Source: Methanobacteriota archaeon (lineage in GTDB: Archaea; Halobacteriota; Methanomicrobia; Methanomicrobiales; Methanoculleaceae). From it: a stretch of 42,644 nucleotides of DNA. Position 1 is the stretch's first letter. Each line of letters opens with the position of its first letter. Made by a program: the position numbers and the translations under genes. The notes beneath the pieces are model-generated. The model did no database searches, was not told where the DNA came from, and was given only the letters and a program-made list of their open reading frames with translations. This document shows positions 36,887 through 42,644 of the stretch, piece by piece. The stretch is from positions 1 through 42,644 of the forward strand of contig JAENZF010000003.1 of the NCBI GenBank assembly GCA_016841385.1, given 5' to 3'.

Positions 36887-37109
36887 CGATGGCCTGTTTC
36901 GGGCACTCGTTTGAGCAGATGCCGCACCCCTTGCAGTAGTCGAGGTCGATATTGAGGTCCTCGTCGATGACCCCGTCCGGGCAGTACTGGGCGCAGAGCC
37001 CGCAGGCGTTGCACGCCTCCCTGTCCACCACGGGCCGGAACGTCCGCCAGGAACCTGTCTTCCCCGAAGAGGCCTCCGTTGGCCTGCTGAGCGCAAGTCT
37101 CTCTCTCAT
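36864..37109 (-). CDS. porD: 2-oxoacid (pyruvate):ferredoxin oxidoreductase delta subunit
   Basis: KTGSWRTFRPV followed by two CxxCxxCxxxCP ferredoxin motifs. Confidence 0.9.
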   Translation of the reverse strand: MRERLALSRPTEASSGKTGSWRTFRPVVDREACNACGLCAQYCPDGVIDEDLNIDLDYCKGCGICSNECPKQAIAMVREER

Positions 37110-37633
37110 ACCTTCAACTCCTCATACGCCGCTTCTGCAGCCTTCACATTCCGTTCGTCGGCAAACATCTCCCGGATCGCCTGCTCTGCCGAGGGGAGGG
37201 TGACGATACTCATCTTCGCGAGCGCCCCGAGCACCGGGGTGTTGAGGATGGGGCTCCCGGCGACTACCAGGTTCTCCCCGAGCGCGATCCCGGTCAGGTC
37301 GACGTTCCGGCAGGTCCCGTTGCACCCGGGAAGCGGGTGGGCGCTGTTGAGGAGGACTGTTCCGCCAGCTTTCAGGCCCTGCAGGACGTCCACCACATCC
37401 ATGATGCTCGTATCGAGCACGATCACGAGATCCGGCTCATGGATCTGGCTGTAGATCTTGATCGGCTCGTCGTCGATCCGAACGAACGAGACGACCGGCG
37501 CCCCGCGCCGTTCCGCCCCGTAGAACGGGCAGGCAGTTGCGTATTTCCCGTCCCTGAACGCAGCAAGGGCGAGGAGCTTTGCGGCCGTGACGCCGCCCTG
37601 CCCGCCCCTGGAGTGAATCCTGATCTCATACAT
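37106..37633 (-). CDS. porC: 2-oxoacid:ferredoxin oxidoreductase gamma subunit
   Basis: EIRIHSRGGQG and YGAERRGAPV motifs. Confidence 0.92.
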   Translation of the reverse strand: MYEIRIHSRGGQGGVTAAKLLALAAFRDGKYATACPFYGAERRGAPVVSFVRIDDEPIKIYSQIHEPDLVIVLDTSIMDVVDVLQGLKAGGTVLLNSAHPLPGCNGTCRNVDLTGIALGENLVVAGSPILNTPVLGALAKMSIVTLPSAEQAIREMFADERNVKAAEAAYEELKV

Positions 37634-38738
37634 GGTCGCTCACCCCGAACCAGGTCTCCTCACCGGGATGCCGGTTCCGAACAAAGTCCGCGATATCGTT
37701 GTAGGTGACCTCCTGGCCGCCGAGACCGGCGATCACGCTGTAGGGCGCGATGCCTGTCTTCGACCTGATAGAATGCGCCACCACGCCGCCGAAGCCGAAG
37801 GAGTAGTCGCGGTCGATCACCACGACCTCCCGCCCGGCAAGGTCGAGGTCAGGGAAGGGGCGGAACCAGCGCAGGCGCATGGATCCGGCCTTTATACCCT
37901 CGTCGCGGAGACGGTCGACCGCCACCTCCGCCTCTTTCCCGAGCGTTCCCATGGCGATAACGACGACGTCGGCATCCTCGCACCGGTAGTCCTCGGTGGG
38001 GCCGTAGGAGCGGCCGAATCGCTCTGCGAACTCGCGCTCGACATCCGCGATCACGCCCCGGGCGTCGCGCATCGACCGCTCGATATCCCAGCGGAACCGG
38101 AAGTAGTCGGCCGGTCCGGTCATGGGGCCGTAGACGCAGGGGTTCTCCGTATCGATCGCGTGCGGAAGATGATAGGCGGGCAGGAAGTCTCCGATCTCAA
38201 CCGTCTCGAGCGACTGCATGATATGGCTCAGCGCGAACCCGTCCAGGTTGACCATCACCGGGAGGAGGACCCTCTCGTCCTCAGCGATCTTAAACGCCAT
38301 CAGGGTGGCGTCGTAGGCCTCCTGGACCGTGCCCACGAAGACCTGCAGCCAGCCCGTATCGCGCTGGGAGAAGGCATCGGTGTGCTCCGCCCAGGTGTTC
38401 CACCCGGGGCCGAGGGCACGGTTGACGTTTGCCATGACGATCGGCAGGCGCGCGCCCGCTGCCCAGTGGACCATCTCGTGCATGTATAAGAGGCCGTGCG
38501 AACTCGTCGCCGTGAAGGTCCGGACGCCCCCGGCGCTCGCCCCGATACAGGCGGCCATGGCCGAGTGCTCGCTCTCCACCGGAATGTACCGGCTTTCGAG
38601 GTCGCCGGCGGAGACGTACTCGGCGAGCTGCTCGACGATCTCGGTCTGGGGGGTGATCGGGTATGCAGCGATGACACCTGGTCTGGCGGCCTTCACCGCG
38701 GTCGCCACCGCCTTGTTGCCGGTCGCGATCGTCAGCAT
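37626..38738 (-). CDS. porA: 2-oxoacid:ferredoxin oxidoreductase alpha subunit
   Basis: AYPITPQT, ESEHSA, TATSS.GL, NRA and RPFP motifs. Confidence 0.93.
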   Translation of the reverse strand: MLTIATGNKAVATAVKAARPGVIAAYPITPQTEIVEQLAEYVSAGDLESRYIPVESEHSAMAACIGASAGGVRTFTATSSHGLLYMHEMVHWAAGARLPIVMANVNRALGPGWNTWAEHTDAFSQRDTGWLQVFVGTVQEAYDATLMAFKIAEDERVLLPVMVNLDGFALSHIMQSLETVEIGDFLPAYHLPHAIDTENPCVYGPMTGPADYFRFRWDIERSMRDARGVIADVEREFAERFGRSYGPTEDYRCEDADVVVIAMGTLGKEAEVAVDRLRDEGIKAGSMRLRWFRPFPDLDLAGREVVVIDRDYSFGFGGVVAHSIRSKTGIAPYSVIAGLGGQEVTYNDIADFVRNRHPGEETWFGVSDHV

Positions 38739-39613
38739 ACCCCAGCCTCCTCACGGGAGAGACGCTGGATGTTTCGTTCCACCTGCTGGCGCATCTCGCT
38801 CATGACCTCAGGACTCAGGTTCTTGAACCGGCCCTGGCCGCTGATGTAGTCCTCTAGCGGCGCGGGCCGCTTCATCGCAGTCTTCGACGGGCCGTTGATG
38901 GTGAGTTTCCCAAACTCGCGCTCGTAGAGGATCCACGTCCCGGTCTTCACCGCCAGTTTCCCCATCTCGACTGTCTTCTCCGTGGGGTAGCGCCATCCGG
39001 GCGGGCACGGCGCCAGGATATGGATGAACTTGGGCCCCTCGATCGAGAGCGCCTTCTTCACCTTCTTGTAGAGGTCGAGAGGATAGGCGCTGCACGCAGT
39101 CGCCATGTAGGGGGGGTTATGCGCCTCGACGATCCGGTCGAGATCCTTCTTGGCCGTGGGCTTGCCGCCGGGGGTCGTGGTGGTACGCGCCCCGAGCGGC
39201 GTCGAGCCCGACCGCTGCATGCCGGTGTTGCCGTACGCCTCGTTGTCGTAGCAGATGTAGAGGAAATTGGTGCCACGCTCAAAAGCGCCGGAAAGCGACT
39301 GAATCCCGATATCGACCGTTCCACCGTCACCTGCGTAGACGATGACGTTGGTCTCTTTCCCGAGCGCCGCGAGCGCGTCGCTCATGCCGGAGGCGCAGGC
39401 GGCGGCTGCGGCAAATGCTATATTATATACGGGCACGTTCATCGCCGTGCCGGGGTAGATCCCCTGGATGACGCTGGTGCAGCAGGCGGGCACGACCAGA
39501 ACAGAGTCGGGGCCGGCCGCTTTGAGCACGTAGCGCAGACACAGGGAAGAGCTGCACCCCGCACAGGCGGACGTGCACTTATACAGATACTCCTCCTTCG
39601 GAATCGCTGACAA
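38732..39613 (-). CDS. porB: 2-oxoacid:ferredoxin oxidoreductase beta subunit (TPP-binding)
   Basis: ACAGC, GDGG..DIG, DNEAYGNTGMQRS and PCP.GW motifs. Probable TTG start at 39613 after GAGGAG; alternative ATG at 39649. Confidence 0.92.
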   Translation of the reverse strand: MSAIPKEEYLYKCTSACAGCSSSLCLRYVLKAAGPDSVLVVPACCTSVIQGIYPGTAMNVPVYNIAFAAAAACASGMSDALAALGKETNVIVYAGDGGTVDIGIQSLSGAFERGTNFLYICYDNEAYGNTGMQRSGSTPLGARTTTTPGGKPTAKKDLDRIVEAHNPPYMATACSAYPLDLYKKVKKALSIEGPKFIHILAPCPPGWRYPTEKTVEMGKLAVKTGTWILYEREFGKLTINGPSKTAMKRPAPLEDYISGQGRFKNLSPEVMSEMRQQVERNIQRLSREEAGVC

Positions 39614-39829
39614 ATTGTTTACACTCCTCTCATCTATTTTTGTCACCATTTGTAATGAGAGTTTTGCGGTCTCGCCCCCGGGCATCCGGCGGCCTTCCGG
39701 AGGAATGACTGATGAGAATACGTCAAAATACGGTACGCGTTGAAAAACGGGCCGGGGCCGGAGTCCGGTTAAACCGGGACCCGGCGCGGACTGACCCACT
39801 GAGGGGTTCCCCGGCCCCCTCACCCCCGT

Positions 39830-40942
39830 TCAGTTCCCGGCACCACTCCCGGGAGTGCGCCTCTCGGGCGCCGAACCCGGACGAAGCGCCCGGCGGACCA
39901 GGCCGGCGAAGCACTTCAGGCAGAAGGGGGTGAAGAACCAGACGCCCATCTCCAGGAGGGGAAGGGGTCCGTTGTGGCGTATCCGGTACCGGTAGCTCTC
40001 AAAATTCATCTTCATGTAAACCGGCGCGATCTCCTCGAACCACCGGGCCTCGGTAATCTGGCCATCGGTGACCTCTCGTGAGATATCGGTGAGGAAATTT
40101 CGGATATTCTCGCCCGTAGCCCCCTCCGCGACATGGGGCACAAAATCGTCCTCGACGATGAGCGGGGTCACCCCGCACTCCCCGACGACCCCGTCGTTCT
40201 GCAGGTTGACCGAGAGGATGACCGCCTCCCGCGAGAGGTTATGAGGCCAGCGGGGTTCGAACTGGAGCATGCCGAGCGAGTAGGCGATGAGCCCCCCACG
40301 GTAGCGTTCGATCGCCTGCATGGTATGGGGGTGGTGCCCGAGGATCAGGGTGGCCCCCGCGTCGATGAGCCGGTGAGCGAGGTCGATCTGCTCGGGGGAC
40401 GGGTAGTAGGCCATCTCGGCCCCCCAGTGCAGCGAGACGGCGATATGGTCGCACCGGCCCGCGAGAGAGGCGATGTCCTTGAGGATATCCTCCTCAACCA
40501 GCCGGTTGACCGAGACGTCGCGGGGCAGGGCGAGTTTGCCGATCGTGTAGCCCGCAAACCCGATCGAAATGCCGTTCTTCTCGAGGATGACCGGCTCCTG
40601 CCGGTTCTCCGTCGCCGATCCGCCGATGGCGAGGATGCCACGGCTCTCAAGCGCATTGAGGGTGTTCTTGAAGCCCTCGACACCGAGGTCGCCGGAGTGG
40701 TTGTTTGCAACGCTCATAACATCAAATCCAGCATCCACCAGGTACCGGGCCGTATCCGGGGATATGAAGATGACGTGATGCTTCTCTGCCTGCTCTCCCG
40801 TCTCCGAGAGGGTCGTCTCCAGGTTGCCGAAGAGGATGTCCTTATCCTTGAGGAGGTGCTGGACATCCTCGAACGGGTGCCGATTGCTCTCTGTCCGCAG
40901 CCAGATGTCGCCGGCTGCTATCAACTTGATTTCGTTCTCCAT
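39830..40942 (-). CDS. CapA (PGA_cap) family metallophosphoesterase-like protein
   Basis: AGD, GNLE, ANNH..D.G, HWG.E, GHHPH and YSLG motifs. Confidence 0.9.
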   Translation of the reverse strand: MENEIKLIAAGDIWLRTESNRHPFEDVQHLLKDKDILFGNLETTLSETGEQAEKHHVIFISPDTARYLVDAGFDVMSVANNHSGDLGVEGFKNTLNALESRGILAIGGSATENRQEPVILEKNGISIGFAGYTIGKLALPRDVSVNRLVEEDILKDIASLAGRCDHIAVSLHWGAEMAYYPSPEQIDLAHRLIDAGATLILGHHPHTMQAIERYRGGLIAYSLGMLQFEPRWPHNLSREAVILSVNLQNDGVVGECGVTPLIVEDDFVPHVAEGATGENIRNFLTDISREVTDGQITEARWFEEIAPVYMKMNFESYRYRIRHNGPLPLLEMGVWFFTPFCLKCFAGLVRRALRPGSAPERRTPGSGAGN

Positions 40943-42384
40943 TCTTTCTCACACTCTGACGTTTCTTTCTCACACTCTGACGTGTCCCACTGATCCAGCG
41001 GCAGGTCCTGTATCAGGAACTGGTACTTACCGCGCCGGGTGCGGGGAATCATCTCGATGAAGCGGATGGTCACATCCACGTCGTTTTCAAACTTTCTGTC
41101 GAGTTCCCGGAGAATACGTTCCGTATCCTGGTCGGTATACCCCGTTTTCTTCACGATCCGCATCAGAACCTCCCCCTCCTTCATCTGGTAGAACTGGAAC
41201 TGTGCAACGTTGTCAAAGACGTCGGAGTGCATATTGACTGCCGTCATCGATATGAACCGGCGATCCTTCGTCACGATGAACTCATGCAGGCGCCCTTCCA
41301 CGCTCTCGAGGAGGGGGTAGGCACGGCCGCAGGGGCATGGTCCTTCTCCGAGGACTGCAGCATCCATGGTCCGGTAGCGGATGAGGGGGCAGATGGGGTT
41401 CATGAGGCTCGTCGTGACCACCTCCCCCATCGCCCCCGGCGTCGTTACGGGCCTGCCGTCTCTCCCGATCAGTTCGACGATCCCGTATTCGGGGAAGATG
41501 TGATAGTTGGTGCTCTCCTCGCACTCTCCGGCGAGCACCGTCTGCTCGGAGTTCCCGTACCAGGAGAAGACCCGGCACCCGAAGGTCTCGGCGAGCAGGC
41601 TCCGCTGCCAGGGGTAGAGGTTCTCGGAGCCGCAGAGGACCGCTTTGACGGTCGGGAAGGGCCCGATGCCGTGCTCTCTCATGTACCGGGCCAGGATCAC
41701 AGCCACCGAGGGATACGCCTGGATGAACCGGGGCCGAAACTTCCGGATCTGGTCGATGTAGGCCGGGAGGGTCTCTTCGGTCATGTGATGGGAGGACATC
41801 AGCAGCCATCGGCCGAAGAGCGTCTTCTTCCAGAAGATGCCGTCCTGGGCCGACCCGACGATGTAGCCCCGGAGGACGACGCACCGGTCGGTGAACCGGT
41901 AGCCGACGCGGTCCCACTGGGTCTTCATGAACGCCCACTCCCGGGCCCGGGAGACCCCTTTCTCGTAGTAGAAGCCGACCGGGATGCCGGTGGAACCGCC
42001 GGTGGTGACGTACTCAAACGCCGTCTCCGGGTAGTTTGTGGCTTTTAAGTCGGCAAGGTTGTTCTGCAGGTCCTCCCGGGTCAGGAAGGGGAGGAGCTCG
42101 AGGTCCGCGGGGGTCGTTATATCCCCGGGCACAAGATCCCGCTCTCGAAAGACCCGGCGGTAGTAGGGGACGTTCTCGTAGGCGTGGTCGAGCAGGCGCG
42201 AGAGCGCCTGCGCCTGGTAAGCCGCGAGTTCCTCCCGGCTCCACCGCCGGGACCGCTGGAGGAAGGTGTAAGTCTTTTTATACGCAGAGTATGCGGGGAG
42301 GATGCGAAGTGCCCTCGCCGTCACAGAATTTTCAAGCCGGAGAGTCTTCGATCCCCGATGATTCATCCGCACACTCATTGACAC
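40921..42384 (-). CDS. Phenylacetate-CoA ligase-like / CapK-like adenylating enzyme
   Basis: AY.NVPYY, LPFLT, TTGGSTG.P, YG.SE, PLIRYRT.D, CPCGR, GR and GK motifs; start codon uncertain. Confidence 0.88.
   Translation of the reverse strand: MSMSVRMNHRGSKTLRLENSVTARALRILPAYSAYKKTYTFLQRSRRWSREELAAYQAQALSRLLDHAYENVPYYRRVFRERDLVPGDITTPADLELLPFLTREDLQNNLADLKATNYPETAFEYVTTGGSTGIPVGFYYEKGVSRAREWAFMKTQWDRVGYRFTDRCVVLRGYIVGSAQDGIFWKKTLFGRWLLMSSHHMTEETLPAYIDQIRKFRPRFIQAYPSVAVILARYMREHGIGPFPTVKAVLCGSENLYPWQRSLLAETFGCRVFSWYGNSEQTVLAGECEESTNYHIFPEYGIVELIGRDGRPVTTPGAMGEVVTTSLMNPICPLIRYRTMDAAVLGEGPCPCGRAYPLLESVEGRLHEFIVTKDRRFISMTAVNMHSDVFDNVAQFQFYQMKEGEVLMRIVKKTGYTDQDTERILRELDRKFENDVDVTIRFIEMIPRTRRGKYQFLIQDLPLDQWDTSECEKETSECEKEWRTKSS
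40942..40983. repeat. Perfect 21-bp tandem duplication at the gene junction
   Basis: TTCTTTCTCACACTCTGACGT x2, encoding TSECEKE x2. Confidence 0.9.
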
Positions 42385-42644
42385 TGCTCATATCGATACT
42401 CCGCATTAAACGTTTTGCTCCCGGTGAGATGGAATGACACCGGGAGCACGATGGAGACGGCGGGCGCCCCCGGACATCGCGTATGTTTAGAAGAAGTTTT
42501 CAGAGTACGGGATGGAGACCAGATCTCGACCGGATGCACGGCAAAAGTGTTTTAGAAACTCGGGGAAGAGATGCTTCTCCGAGATAATTACCCAGATGTC
42601 ACCGTACGCATCTGAACCGTTGCCCTCCCACGAGCGGAACGAGA

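Noticed and set aside
42430-42470. Minus-strand PAVSIVLPV resembling a GT2 glycosyltransferase N-terminus
   Set aside because: Too short and no continuing GT2 similarity; a pseudogene call is not supportable.

Overview
GC-rich archaeal chromosomal segment. Gene content (RPA pair, dhs, tiaS, thermosome, class II lysS, HDINN-type kinases) points to a Methanomicrobiales methanogen, most likely Methanoculleus (inference). Most of the window is housekeeping: rpa operon, cbiZ, pyrF, dhs, tiaS, thermosome, lysS, UDG, a metal ABC transporter, ADP-forming acetyl-CoA synthetase and a four-subunit 2-oxoacid:ferredoxin oxidoreductase. Four non-routine features stand out. (1) A family of short hairpin-module repeats occurs between genes (18127-18204, 32969-33024) and as an in-frame peptide-coding array in an OsmC gene (33233-33345); an architecturally similar double hairpin lies in frame in RPA. 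(2) A candidate defence locus at 27.2-32.9 kb encodes a Panacea (DUF4065)-like antitoxin, a PIN nuclease with an apparent CTG start, a type IIG restriction-modification enzyme with an AT-rich specificity region, and an HNH nuclease. (3) A sensor kinase gene is duplicated in tandem (1898 bp unit) between 62-bp direct repeats; this is either a real amplification or an assembly artefact. (4) A stand-alone NrdD-like glycyl-radical/Zn mini-protein is coupled to cbiZ, and a NikR-like operator precedes the metal ABC transporter. No rRNA, tRNA or CRISPR array was seen. All calls come from reading the sequence; no database searches were run.
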